Below, one piece after another: positions 25,401 through 37,600 of a DNA stretch of 64,000 nt (the first letter of the stretch is position 1; every line of letters starts with the position of its first letter). The translations under genes and the position numbers were made by a program. The notes beneath the pieces are model-generated. The model searched no databases. It was not told where the DNA came from and was given only the letters and a program-made list of their open reading frames with translations. The DNA is from Takakia lepidozioides. Taxonomy: Eukaryota; Plantae; Bryophyta. The DNA lies in assembly GCA_030704615.1 (NCBI GenBank), contig CM060732.1:29512001-29576000 (forward strand). Reading direction: 5' to 3'.

Positions 25401-26116
25401 GGGCTATACTACGCTGCTTGTTTTCTGGTACGTTACCACATTGAGCAACAAAAGATGCAAAACACGCTTTCAAAGTTACTCCAGTGGAGATCATTGGGTA
25501 TTACCTTCGGTGCCACCTCATATGTACCTATATGACCCAAAAGTTATGATGCAGAAGGATTCTCAAATTCGTTCATGGTTTCAAGCAGCCTGCAACCAAT
25601 TGTCAACACAGAAATTCGGACTTGATGACATTTTCTATAAGGGACATGTGGCATGGAAGTACTTGCACGCTGCACCAGTAATTGGTACCCCACTCATGGA
25701 CAGACAAGGAGCTCAGTGTCTACACCAATTTTGCTGTTCAGCGGTTACACCAAGTTGTAAAATACAAACTTCCAGACATGGTAGGACAGCATTGTGCCCC
25801 AGATGATTCCACAAAAAGTTCGAAAATTAAAACACCTGAGAGGCGATGAGGATTCTGATACAACTGTTTCTTCACAAATTCTTTTGACATGGGAGAAGAC
25901 TATGCAATTCAGATGGAAGAGAAGAAACAAAGGGGATCTCCTATGCCGGAAAGATTACCTCGATATCAGCCTCCAGAAGGCCTCACTTATCCAGGTAGTG
26001 ATCAACCATCTCCATCAACCAGAGACAGACCTCGGGCTCGTACACACAGCCCACCACGAAACTCTCAACGTCAACAAGGTGCTCACTCACAAAGGTTTGC
26101 TACTCGGAAACAGTAA
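22449..26116 (+). CDS. Large extra 3' ORF of family C (~1100-1200 aa when frameshifts are bridged)
   Basis: Consecutive same-strand ORF pieces 22449-26116. Frameshift positions differ among C, D and F, so the consensus appears continuous. Contains a coiled-coil region (24053-24850). Confidence 0.75.
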
Positions 26117-26137
26117 ACCGTGAGGACACGGCTTTTT

Positions 26138-26151
26138 GAGGGGGGAAGGGG
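26138..26151 (+). promoter_or_regulatory. Polypurine tract of C
   Basis: GAGGGGGGAAGGGG before the 3' LTR. Confidence 0.9.
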
Positions 26152-26154
26152 TAA

Positions 26155-26938
26155 TGACAGAGGACTGTAGAGGGGGGTTTACACTGGACCCCGGGTTCAC
26201 AGGTACACAGCCGTCACAGTCGTTCACATCACAGCCCGTCACAGTCGTCACAGTCACAGCAGTTCACAGCCCGACACAGCCAAACACAGCCAGTCACCGC
26301 TTGACACAGCTGTCACGATAATAGGGAACGAAGAGTAGGACAGGGAACGACTGTGGGGAACAACACCTGTGAAGGGAACATGTTAGTTCACAGACGACGG
26401 TTAGAGAGGGAAACGGTTAGAGAACCGCGGATAGGAGGAAAGGGAGAAACGGGGAATGAAGGGAGAGGATATTCGGAGGAGGACTTGGAGTCAGGAGGAG
26501 CGGAGATCGGAGGAAGAGATGGAGAGCACGATGAAGGAGAAAGAGGATTAGTAGATGCTTGTTATATGCAAAGCTGTAGTGATATTGGAGAGCAGATTAG
26601 AGACATAATGGCTTCGGCCTGATACCTGATAAATCATAATCTGATACTTATACGATACAATCACACTGTGTAGAGAGATCTGAGTGAAGCTGTGGATTGA
26701 ATGGATGAGTGAAGGAAACCGATAGATTGATGAAGCAAACTGATACTTAATTATCAATGTAAGGTAGCTAAGATGAATGCGGAAAGGGAAACAAATAGGA
26801 AACACCCCCATGATACACTAGCTGTAGGTCATGACTGATTGTTCTGCGCGGGCTGAGTACTTAGAGATTTCCAACTCTTCTATCTTGGAGTTTCCGCCTC
26901 GGATAGCGAAGGGATGGGTGAGTAAAAGCCGCGCGACA
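26155..26938 (+). repeat. 3' LTR of element C (shorter variant)
   Basis: TGACAGAGG...GCGCGACA; lacks ~100 bp present at the start of the other family LTRs. Confidence 0.9.
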
Positions 26939-27748
26939 AGGACTACAAAATTGCTGCACCATTGACACGACTTATAGGGAAGGACAAATTTGTATAGGAC
27001 GAAAAGGCTGACCAGACATTTGAAAGGCTGAAGCAGATATTTACAACGGCTCCAATACTGGTACATGCAGACCCATCTAAACCATTCTTCTTGGAAGCAG
27101 ATGTATCGGACTTTGCACTTGGCGCTATACTCTCTGAATATAGTACAGATGGCCGACTTCACCTTGTTGGTTTTCGTTCTCGCAAATTTTCCGCTGCAAT
27201 GATCAATTATGAAATCCATGACAAAGAACTTCTAGCGATCATCGATGCTTTTGAGGAGTGGCGTCATCTACTGAAGGGAGGTAAACATCAAGTCACTGTC
27301 TACACCGATCACAAAAACCTCGAATATTTTATGACTGCTCGTTTTTTGAATTGACGTCAAGCCAAATGGGCTATGTCATTAGCAAGGTTTAATTTTGTTA
27401 TTACCTATCGCCCCGGACATCTTTAAGGGAAACCCGATGCTCTTTCTCGACGATCGTATCTTGCGCCGAAAAAAGGGGAGGCAGCTTTCGACCAACAGAA
27501 ATCCATCAAATTGAAACCAGCAAATCTCCAATTGAATATGTTATCCATGTCCACCTATGACGATGCAAAGATCATAAAGGAGATTCAGGAAGCACTGAAG
27601 AGCGACCAATTTGCTACAATATATATACCTCCAGGACCTACACGACTTCGAATTCTTCAAACATCTCATAATCTTCCGGCTGTAGGACATTTCGGCTTCA
27701 ACAAAAGAATGGAATTGATATCCAGGGACTATTGGTGGCCCCAGATGT
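26939..27748 (+). mobile_element. Element B, fragment 2: RNase H and start of integrase
   Basis: EADVSDFALGAIL...NYEIHDKELLAI...YTDHKNL; HNLPAVGHFG...YWWPQM. Confidence 0.9.
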
Positions 27749-28814
27749 CATTAGAAGGAAAACGCGGAATAACCACTGGCCCCCTTAACCACTCTATAAA
27801 TCACTCCAAGTAATGGTAACCACTAGCCAGTGGTTAACTCCGATGAAATGCCACGGTGGCATCATATGGAGTGGTTGGAAGTGGTTTCAACCACTAAGTA
27901 ATCCACGTGTAATATTTAATTTTATATTTATTATTCGACATTAGGTCAAATATTTATATTAAAATAATGATAATATCCGGGTACAGTGATAAATTATGAG
28001 TGGTTAAAGACACCTCAGTGATGGGAAGTGGTTGAAACCACTTTCTACTCCACGTGTAATAATTTATTTATTTTTAGATTTTTATCATTCAAAATATATT
28101 ATTCCACGTGGACAAGGATAGTATACGTAGATCTGGAGTGGTTAAAGACCCCCCAGTGATTGGTACCACTTGCACAGTGGTGGAATGTGAGTGATTAAGA
28201 CCATTTTGTAACTGGAACCACTTTTCAAGTGGGCACTTGTGAGTGGTTACATACACGTGAGTGATTGGTACCACTTCTGTGGTGGGTTGTGAGTGGTTGA
28301 AGACACCTGAGTGATGGGAGGTGATTGAAACCACTTGCTATTCCACGTGTAATAATTCAATTTTTATTTAAGATTTATTATTTCGGAATATATTTTAATT
28401 ATGAACTATATTATTCCACGTGGACGGGGACAATATACGTAGATCTGGAGTGGTTAAAGACCCCCATTGATTGGTACCACTTTGAGAGTGGTGTAGAGTG
28501 AGTGGTTACAGACCATTTAGTAACTGGAACCACTCGGCCAGTGGTTACGCGTGACTGATTACATACACACCAGTGATTGGTATTACTTCTGTGGTGATAC
28601 ATGAAAAACTTTAGTGGTTTGTGTGTTGATGGAAAACCCAAAATCCATCCATCTATCACTACATTCATCCATCCAGTCATGAGTTGAGGGGACTTAGCAT
28701 TTTTTTTTTCTTCCCTGCCACTGTGGCATCTGTTTGTTTTCTTTGTGTCGAGTTCGATCGTGAGAGACAAACAGGACAGAGCTGTGTTTGTTTTCTTATA
28801 GCGTTGAGTCATGA

Positions 28815-29300
28815 GAGATGACGAGCAGAGATGGTGGGATAGGGGCAGACAGGGACTCAAGACCTAGAATCGGGGCATGAAGGTGTGCACAATGGTGGGA
28901 CAACCGCGATCACAAGGTGTGGCTTTTTCTCAATGTACAATGACGAGCAGAGCTGGTGGGATAGGGGGCAGACAGGGACTCAAGACCTAGAATCGGGGCA
29001 TGAAGGCGTGCACGATGGTGGGACAACCGCGATTGCAAGGTGTGGCTTTTCTCAATGTACAATGAGCTGATGGGATAGGGGCCAGACAGGGACTCAAGCC
29101 CTAGAATCGGGACATGAAGGCATGCACGATGGTGGGACAACTGCGATCGCAAGGTGTGGCTTTTTCTCAATTCTCAATGTACGATGACGAGTGGAGCTTG
29201 TGGGATAGGGGGCAGACAGCCCTAGAATCGGGGCATGAAGGCGTGCACGATGGTGGGACAATCGCGATCGCAAGTTGTGGCTTTTTCTCAATGTACGATG
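28815..29300 (+). repeat. Tandem repeat, ~4 x ~120 bp, each copy containing a WWDNRxxK-coding segment followed by GT
   Basis: Repeated tggtgggataggggcagacagggactcaagacctagaatcggggcatgaaggcgtgcacgatggtgggacaaccgcgat...aaggtgtggc. Confidence 0.85.
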
Positions 29301-29617
29301 TGAAGAAGTTTGTCCATCCTGCAAATGCGGGCTCTTGGCTCCTGTTAGACGTACCATGATTTCGTATTCTTCCTGATGTTTACAAGGTTTTTGGGAGAGT
29401 CAGGTTGGTCTTAGCAGATTGTATTTTCAAGTTTGTGTTTCAATCTATGCTCGCTCAACTGCACCGTGGTGGTTCTCATGGACCAATCCGCCATTACCAG
29501 ACTACAGACACAAACAGCACAAACAAGAGGTCCGTTTATGGGGAGTCAAATCCTCCATAGATCATGACAGAAGGTCAAGGACAATGTGGTGAGGGCACCT
29601 TCTTCTTCGACCTATTT

Positions 29618-31700
29618 CAGAGCTTGCATGAGTTTTTTACCGATCCTTGCCGATGGTGGGACAATCGCAATAAGGTGTGACTTTTCCTTAATGTAGGATG
29701 TGAAGAAGTTTGTCCATCCTGCAAATGTGGGCTTTTGGCTCCTGTTAGTACAGGTATTCTTCCTAATGTTTACAAGGTTCTTGGAGAATCAGCTTGGTCT
29801 TAGCACCCGCTGATTCCATTTCCTGATTCAACTATTTCAGCCTGTTTTGCCCTCTATCAGACTTGGGCCTGATATGCAATATATTGAATTCTGTAAGTTA
29901 GCTCGTTGGTGCAAGAGAGAGAGTCAGCTTGGTCTTAGCAGGCCGTGAGGGCACCTTCTTCTTCAACCTATTTCAGCCTGTTTTGCCCTCTTATTAGACT
30001 CAGGCCTGATATGAATATTGAATTCTGTTAAGTTAGCTCATTGGTGCAGAGAGAGAGTCGGTTGGTCTTAGCAGGCCGTGAGGGGCACCTTCTTCTCAAC
30101 CTATTTCAGCCTGTTTTGCCCTCTTATCAGACTCGGGCCTGATATGCATATTGAATTCTGTAAGTTAGCTCGTTGGTGCTAGAGAGAGAGTCAGCTTTGG
30201 TCTAGGCAGGCCGTGAGGGCACCTTCTTCTATTGCAGCCTTTTTTGCCCTCTTATCAGACTCGGGCCTGATATGCATATTGAAATCTGTAAGTTAGCTCG
30301 TTGGTGCAAGAGAGAGAGTCAGCTTGGTCTTAGCAAGCCGTGCCTTGTTCAAAGCTGGAATTGTACCTAATGTCATTTTGAACACTGCCTGACAGCTCTG
30401 GAAAAGTGGAAAGAGGTCGACATGTTTGCAAAATGAAGGCCTTGCTTGGTGCCTGCAAGATCCATGGCAATGTGGAGATGGCTGAACGTGCGGCATGAAG
30501 ATACCTTCTTCAACACATTTCACCCTGTTTTTCCCTGTTACCAGAGTAGTCCCTAAATTTTCATGTAGAATTCTACAAGTTAGCTCGTTCATGATGTGAG
30601 GTTGCATGAGTTTTATACCGATCATTCACGATGGCGAGACACCCGCAATCACCAGGTGTGGCTTTTCTTAATGTACGATGTGGAGAAGTTCGCCCATCCT
30701 GCAAAGGTGGCTCTTGACTCCTGTGAGTACCATGATTTGGTATTCTTCCTAATGTTTACAAGGTTCTTGGGAGAGTCAGCTTGCAGGTAATGTCAGATTG
30801 GTCTGTGAGAACCACCACGGTGCAGCTGATAGTGGGGACTTTGACCGCATGGACCCCAAATAGTCCCAAGCCAACCACGAGGAGGTTGGTGGGACAATCG
30901 AGGGGGGAGCAGGCTGGTGGGTCAGTCGGAAGGATGTATGCATGATTTGTGCAGAGCTTGGATAGCTGAGGGAGCAGGGGGAGAGTCTGGCCGATCCTGA
31001 TTCATCCAAGAGGGTGGGACTTCAAGCTCACGATTACCTATAATTCCCTGTAGATCAATAGCTGCAAGAAATCTGCATGGGTAGATGGTCAACTGGAAGC
31101 CGCAGCAGCAGCGGCACAATTGATAAAATCAGGCACTGCTAATGAAGACACCTTCTTCAACACATTTTCACCCTGTTTTTTCCCTCTTATCAGAATTGGC
31201 CCTAAATTTTCATGTTGAATTCTGCAAGTTAGCTGGTTGAGTGAACCTTTGATAGTTTGGAGTGACTTTGACATGGTACTGCCAATGTAACAACAGGGAA
31301 GTATCCAAAAACAGGTAACAGCTGAGACGAGGAGAAGCTGTGGAATGAATACTTTTCTGACCCCAGTCAATAGTGAGACAATCGAGGCAAAAAGGTGAAT
31401 GCCTGTTGGATTACAGAGAGTAGCAGATGCAATTGACCATAATGATAAGTTCAGTTGGGTGTTTCCTAGAACAAATCTAGACTGTCATTGTCAGGTGCTA
31501 GCAGCAAGGCAAGGATGTATGCATGATTTGTGCAGCGGCATGGATAGCTGAAGGAGCAGGGATAGAGTCTGGGTCCAGATTCATCCAAGAGGGCTAGACT
31601 TCAAGCTCCAGATTACCTATGATTCCATGTGGATCAATAGCTACAAGAAACCTGCTGCATGGGTAGATGATCAACTAAAGGTAACAGCTGCAGCGGCACG
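29618..31700 (+). pseudogene. Captured fragments of an OSB-type PDF-motif coding sequence
   Basis: SLHEFFTDPCRWWDNRNK|gt at ~29620-29675 (second copy ~30600-30655); ag|IHPRGLDFKLQITYDSMWINSYKKPAAWVDDQL at ~31579-31680 (second copy ~31000-31100). Confidence 0.65.
29790..30340 (+). repeat. Second tandem repeat, ~4-5 x ~120 bp
   Basis: Repeated gagagagtcagcttggtcttagcaggccgtgagggcaccttcttc...gaattctgtaagttagctcgttggtgca. Confidence 0.85.
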
Positions 31701-32012
31701 ATTGATAAAATCAGGCACCTCAACCATGACCACAGCTTCTGAAAGAGGATCAAGAGAGGTGGCTGAACAAGATGTGGTGTTTTGGACTGCCATGATTGCA
31801 AGGGTATGGGATTAAGGCTTTGGAAACTTAGGAGCAAATGATGTGGGATGGGATGAAGCAAGACCAAGTCCTGTTCATTTGTGTTTGTAATATGCATATG
31901 GGAGCCTAGCAGCCCTGGGAAGGGGCAAAGAGGTTCATGGTGACATTATCAAAGCTGGAATTGTACCAGATGTCATTTTGAACATTCCCTTGGTGTACAT
32001 CTACATCAAATG
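30345..32012 (+). pseudogene. Captured fragments of a PLS/E-class pentatricopeptide-repeat gene
   Basis: ALLGACKIHGNVEMAERAA (E domain, ~30439-30495); EQDVVFWTAMI (~31764-31797); GSLAALGRGKEVHGDIIKAGIVPDVIL...YIKC (~31900-32012). Confidence 0.8.
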
Positions 32013-33171
32013 TGAGCCTGGCAGCCCTGGCCAGATAAGAACATAAAGAGGGCTTACAATTTCGTTCGCCCCGGCGTAGACATTGCTAGCAATGAGAAGA
32101 AGGCAGGAAAGCAGTTCAGTGTTCCTAGCATGCATGCGGAGACGTCGTGTAGAAGTTAGGCTCAGACTTTTATCATGGCTGGATTTTATTGACAGTGTTC
32201 CAGCACTTACTCTCTGGGATTTTATTTTATTTTGTGGAGCTTGAATCCCCAATGGTACTTCTTTCACTACAATAGTGGTATGTGTTCCTCTAGTCATGTT
32301 CCTAACCACTTGCACGCCACTGTAATAGTGGTATAGTTCAAAACTATAAGAGTAGCCAAATACACACAATTGCCTCCATTACCACTCCTGTAGTGGTATA
32401 AGTAATCACCTATATATTACTGTATTAGTGTTATGAATTCCTCCAATGGTATTCCTAATCACTTACACACCACTCTGTTAGTAATCATTCCAATCCATAG
32501 TTCCCACTCAGAGAGACACCATGGATGATTCAAACAGCTTATATACCACTATGTGGGTAATCATTCCAATGACCTGCTGAGAGACGTCATCCACTCACAT
32601 AACCACGGTTTGAGTGATATTGTATATTCTCAGTTTTCATAGAATGACTCTGTGAGTCATTTCGCGATCACTCAACAAGTGGTTTCGGAAGTCATTGAAT
32701 TTTTCACTCCATCCATTTCGTAGCACCGACACAGGACACGTGTCCATGCTAAGAGTGTCGCCACGTGTCAACGTAATCTCCAATATCATGCACGGACCAC
32801 CGACTTCCACGTGTCCACTGGAAAACGGAAGTGGTTACTTTACCACTATGACACGTCAGTTTACCACGTGACACGTCAGAAGTGGTTGGTTTACCTTTAC
32901 CTCAGTGAAACGTCATTGATACGTCACAGTGGTGAGTTTACACGTCACAGTGGTTAATTTACCAGTATGACATGTCAGCGAACATGTGTCCACCCGGACG
33001 TGAGTGGTTCGAACCACTGTCCTTAACCACTGATGCCACGTAATGTCTTTTACCACTCACTTGTCCTAATCCACTGGTTCTTCATCACTCTGGGGCCAGA
33101 GTGGTTTGGTGTCTTTTACCACTCAAAATGAGTGGTTAACAGAGTGGTTATTCCACGTTTTTCTTCTAGTG

Positions 33172-33667
33172 TATGGAAACTCGTGAAAGAATTTATAAAA
33201 TCTTGCGACACGTGTGCTAGAGCGAAGGGACCATGACATCGACCTTACGGCCTTCTTCAACCATTACCCATTCCCAAGGGTCCATGGTCGTCCGTGTCTA
33301 TGGACTTTATTACGGACCTTCCAATTTCCAAGACCACCGATTCAATCCTTGTTATTGTAGATCGTTTTACGAAGATGACACATTTCATTCCATGTAATAA
33401 GACGGTTACCGGCGAGGAAACTGCAAGACTCTTCTTCAATAATATCTACCGCATTCATGGACTCCCGAATGACATCGTATCTGATCGAGGACCACAGTTC
33501 ATATCAAATTTCTGGAGGGGATTATTTCACATATTGGATACTAAGATCAACCTCTCTACAGCTAATCATCCACAGACTGATGGTCAAACCGAACGTGTAC
33601 ACCAGATTTTGGAATAGTATCTTCGCTGTACGATAAATTATCACCAAGATAATTGGACGGACCTTCT
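33172..33667 (+). mobile_element. Element B, fragment 3: integrase core
   Basis: CDTC; SMDFITDLP...VDRFTKMTHF...SDRGPQF...HPQTDGQTER. Confidence 0.92.
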
Positions 33668-34583
33668 TGTCGCGCGGCTTTTACTCACCCATCCCTTCGC
33701 TATCCGAGGCGGAAACTCCAAGATAGAAGAGTTGGAAATCTCTAAGTACTCAGCCCGCGCAGAACAATCAGTCATGACCTACAGCTAGTGTATCATGGGG
33801 GTGTTTCCTATTTTCCCTTTTCCGCATTCATCTTAGCTACCTTACCATTGATAATTAAGTATCAGTTTGCTTCATCAATCTATCGGTTTCCTTCACTCAT
33901 CCATTCAATCCACAGCTTCACTCAGATCTCTCTACACAGTGTGATTGTATCGTATAAGTATCAGATTATGATTTATCAGGTATCAGGCCGAAGCCATTAT
34001 GTCTCTAATCTGCTCTAATATCACAGCTTTGCATATAAAGCATCTACTAATCCTCTTTCCTCCTTCATCGTGCTCTCCATCTCTGCCTCCGATCTCCGCT
34101 CCTGCCTGACCCGAAGTCCTCTCCGAATAATGATCCCCCTTCATTCCCCGTTTCTCCCTTTATCCTCCTATCCGCGGTTCTAACCGTTTCCCTCTCTAAC
34201 CGTCGTATGTGAACTAACATGTTCCCTTCACAGTGTTGTTCCCACAGTCGTTCCCTGTCCTACTCTTCGTTCCTATTATCGTGACAGCTGTGTCAAGCGG
34301 TGACTGGCTGTGACTGGCTTGTGACTGGCTGTGTGGCTGTGTCTGCTGTGTGTGACGGCTGTGTGGGCTGTGACTGCTGTGACGACTGTGACGGGCTGTG
34401 TGGGCTGTGTGGGCTGTCTGTGACGACTGTGACGGGCTGTGTTGGCTGTGTGGCTGTGAAAAACCCCCCTCTACAGTGCGCTGCTGTCACCCCTAAGGCT
34501 CCTGTTGGTCTCAGTCTGTGCAAAAATTAAGGGTACCCTACAGATCCCGTATAAGTGTCTAAGTCCCCTACAGTCCTCTAACA
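33668..34583 (-). repeat. 3' LTR of D
   Basis: Reverse complement of the C LTR, adjacent to the PPT. Confidence 0.93.
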
Positions 34584-34604
34584 TTACCCCTTCCCCCCTC
34601 AAAA

Positions 34605-37600
34605 AGCCGTGTCCTCACGGTTTACTGTTTCCGAGTAGCAAACCTTTGTGAGTGAGCACCTTGTTGACGTTGAGAGTTTCGTGGGGCTGTGTGTACGAGC
34701 CCGAGGTCTGTCTCTGGTTGATGGAGATGGTTGATCACTACCTGGATAAGTGAGGCCTTCTGGAGGCTGATATCGAGGTAATCTTTCCGGCATAGGAGAT
34801 CCCCTTTGTTTCTTCTCTTCCATCTGAATTGCATAGTCTTCTCCCATGTCAAAAGAATTTTGAAGAAACAGTTGTATCAGAATCCTCATCGCCTCTCAGG
34901 TGTTTTAATTTTCGAACTTTTTGTGGAATCATCTGGGGCATACAATGCTGTCCTACCATCTGGAAGTTTGTATTTTACAACTTGGTGTAACCGCTGAACA
35001 GCAAAATTGGTGTAGACACTGAGCTCCTTGTCTGTCCAGATGAGTGGGGTACCAATTACTGGTGCAGCGTGCAAGTATTCCATGCCATGTCCCTTATAGA
35101 AAATGTCATCAAGTCCGAATTTCTGTGTTGACAAATTGGTTGCAGGCTGCTTGAAACCATGAACGAATTTGAGAATCCTTTGCATCATAACTTTTGGGTC
35201 ATATAGGTACATATGAGGTGGCACCGAAGGTAATACCCAATCTCTCCACTGGAATAACTTTGAAAGCGTGTTTGCATCTTTTGTTGCTCAATGTGGTAAC
35301 GTACCAGAAAACAAGCAGCGTAGTATAGCCCGCACCCCATGACAATACTTGCTATCTCCTTGGTCTTGGTATAAATGAGTCCATGTACAACCTGGAAAGC
35401 AACCAATTCCCTCAACATGGTACCTGCCTCGTGCCAGTATTGTGCAAAGTGATGATCTTCAATATGTCGATTGTTTGGAAGAACTTTAGTCCTAGTTGCC
35501 ACTGGCAGCCAAATACGCATGATTTGGTAGTAATGTGCGAATGACTGCGGAGGACTAAATTCTTTCCAAGCCAAATCCAACATGATGGGAATTTGGTTGA
35601 AGGGCATAATCATAGCCCTACTGTACTCCCTTGCAGCTGGAGTTTTAGGTGGGTTAAAAGCGGCATTGCCCCATACCTCCGGCTGTGGTGGCTGTGGTGT
35701 GGTTGTAGTAACCACAGGTTCAGCTACTGGTACAGTGACCTGTTGTGGTGGTGGTGGTACTGGCTCTGTATCATTGGCATCTCCTGCACCTCCTGTGAAG
35801 ACTGAAAAGCCAGAGTTCTGGCTTGCAAATAAGAAGCCATTAGCTGTTCCTGAGGGATATAGACTCTTTGGTCGATGTTTGAAGTGAGGTCTTCCACTTG
35901 AGTCTGGAGTCCGTCTACATCCTCTTGTAACTCTGCTATCCTACTATAGACATTGTCTATAGTAGTTGTGGCAATGTTCTGCACCTGCAGTCTGAGCTCA
36001 TTCATCTCGCTTTGGGTGAGCTTCCGTGGGCTTTGCCCTCTACTGGCCCTTGTGCTAACCAGACCTGCATAAGGCTGTTATCCACCAAGCTGCTTGTGTT
36101 CCCCTGAGAGTTTGCTCCTCTCTTAGCTTGTACAATTCCAACTGCTGTTGTAAAGCCTCCATGCGCTTCGCCTGTGGCTCAACCAATTGCGCATAGGCAG
36201 CAAGTAGATTATTGGCTTCCTTCGAAGCCTTGTTACTGACCGCGATTTCATTTCTATTGGCCATGGTTTGTTGCAACTCCACGATGTGTTTCTCTTGATC
36301 AGCTTCCTCTGCCTGTATTGCTTGAAAGTATCTTCATTGCGACAGATTGTATTCTTCACGACAATGAACAACATAAGTGATGCGCATTCCTGTTGAGGTC
36401 ATCATGCAACAGTATGATGTCTCACTAACCATTCAGGCCATTGTCCCACCGGATTTTCTTCCTGAACTACTTCATCTATGACCGGTGCTACAGTGTCATG
36501 ACCTTCCGCCTGTGGTACCTCCGACACAGGTGTGTGCATTATATGCACCTCAGGATTTCCCTTGGGCAACTGTTGCACCTCTGGGATTTCTGTCTCCTTG
36601 ACCAGACCAGAATATTCATAGAGAAGGTCCCCTTTCTCTATTTCTGCACTATCTGTTCTGTAGTTGGAATATCTATCCCTTCACTTTCCAAATCAATTAT
36701 TTCGGGTTGAGCTGCATGGATAACTTGTGACCTTGTGACAAGTCGTTCAAGTGGCTGTGTTGGTGTGATGCAGAAGTAACTTCCTCCTCCCTCTCTGAAG
36801 GTCCTGCTTCCAGTAATAACATTCTTTTGTGCTGCTGTGCCCCTTCCTGGTCATGAGCTTGGGAAACATTATCATGCGGAATCCGTGAAGCCAGTGGATC
36901 CGCCACTACAGTCTTTCCCCTTCTCTGCCTCTTAGTCTCGGGTTGTGCTGCTAGTCCACCCTCACTGTGTGAAGAGCCTTGCTCTTCCATTGCAGTTGTT
37001 TCTGGCTCAAACACTCCCATTTCCTTCCTTTCTTGTGCATTAAGTATGCCAGAATAAGGATTATTTGAGCAATGATTGGGCCAGACACTATGATAGGAGA
37101 CTTTGCGGTAGTACCTTGTAATCTTTTCATCTCCTCTACCAGTGCGTTGTACATTATGTCCGCCCATTGTACCTCTTGTCCCTTCAGGCCTTTGAGTATT
37201 TCCTCTGTGAAGGATCTGCTCAAATATTGTTGGTTCTGTTTCAGGGCAATCAGAACGTTCAATACCTGGCCTATCTCTTTTAACCCTGGGTACACAGCTT
37301 TGGTACAAGCATAACCCTGAGTTTTAAAGAAACTCCCTTCTTGGAATAAGTCCCCTATTTGCAGTCTTGCCCTGTGTTCCCCACATGCACCTGACCTGCT
37401 GGCAATCGAAACAATTGCTGGAGGTATAGGGGAGTAATCATTAATTCAACTCCCTTCACCGTTGTTGTTCCTGTCCTTGGCTCAAAGTTCTGCAAAAATT
37501 GTAACATGTACTGTCTATGGTGTAGTGTCCAATCTAGCTTTGCAATCCTTCCAATCTCAGCTCCTCCAGTATCTTTATCGCCTGTGGGGTAGCCATCGTT

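Larger units (their letters stand above)
14028..26938 (+). mobile_element. Full-length Ty3/Gypsy element C (non-chromovirus, Athila/Tat-related) with 5-bp TSD AGGAC
   Basis: TG...CA ends; AGGAC at 14023-14027 and 26939-26943; PBS, PPT, gag-PR-RT-RH-INT order; B's coding sequence resumes after it. Confidence 0.95.
27749..33171. mobile_element. Non-autonomous CACTA (EnSpm) element carrying host gene fragments (Pack-CACTA)
   Basis: Left TIR CATTAGAAGGAAAACGCGGAATAACCAC; right TIR reverse complement CACTAGAAGAAAAACGTGGAATAACCAC; 3-bp TSD TGT/TAT; dense AACCACT/AGTGGTT subterminal repeats. Removing it restores WWPQMWKLVKE of B. No transposase seen. Confidence 0.9.

Noticed and set aside
22449-26116. 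True retroviral envelope gene
   Set aside because: No clear signal peptide, cleavage site or C-terminal membrane anchor by eye; left as an extra ORF of unknown function.
30345-32012. Functional host PPR or OSB gene
   Set aside because: Short, scrambled, stop-containing fragments lying inside CACTA TIRs.
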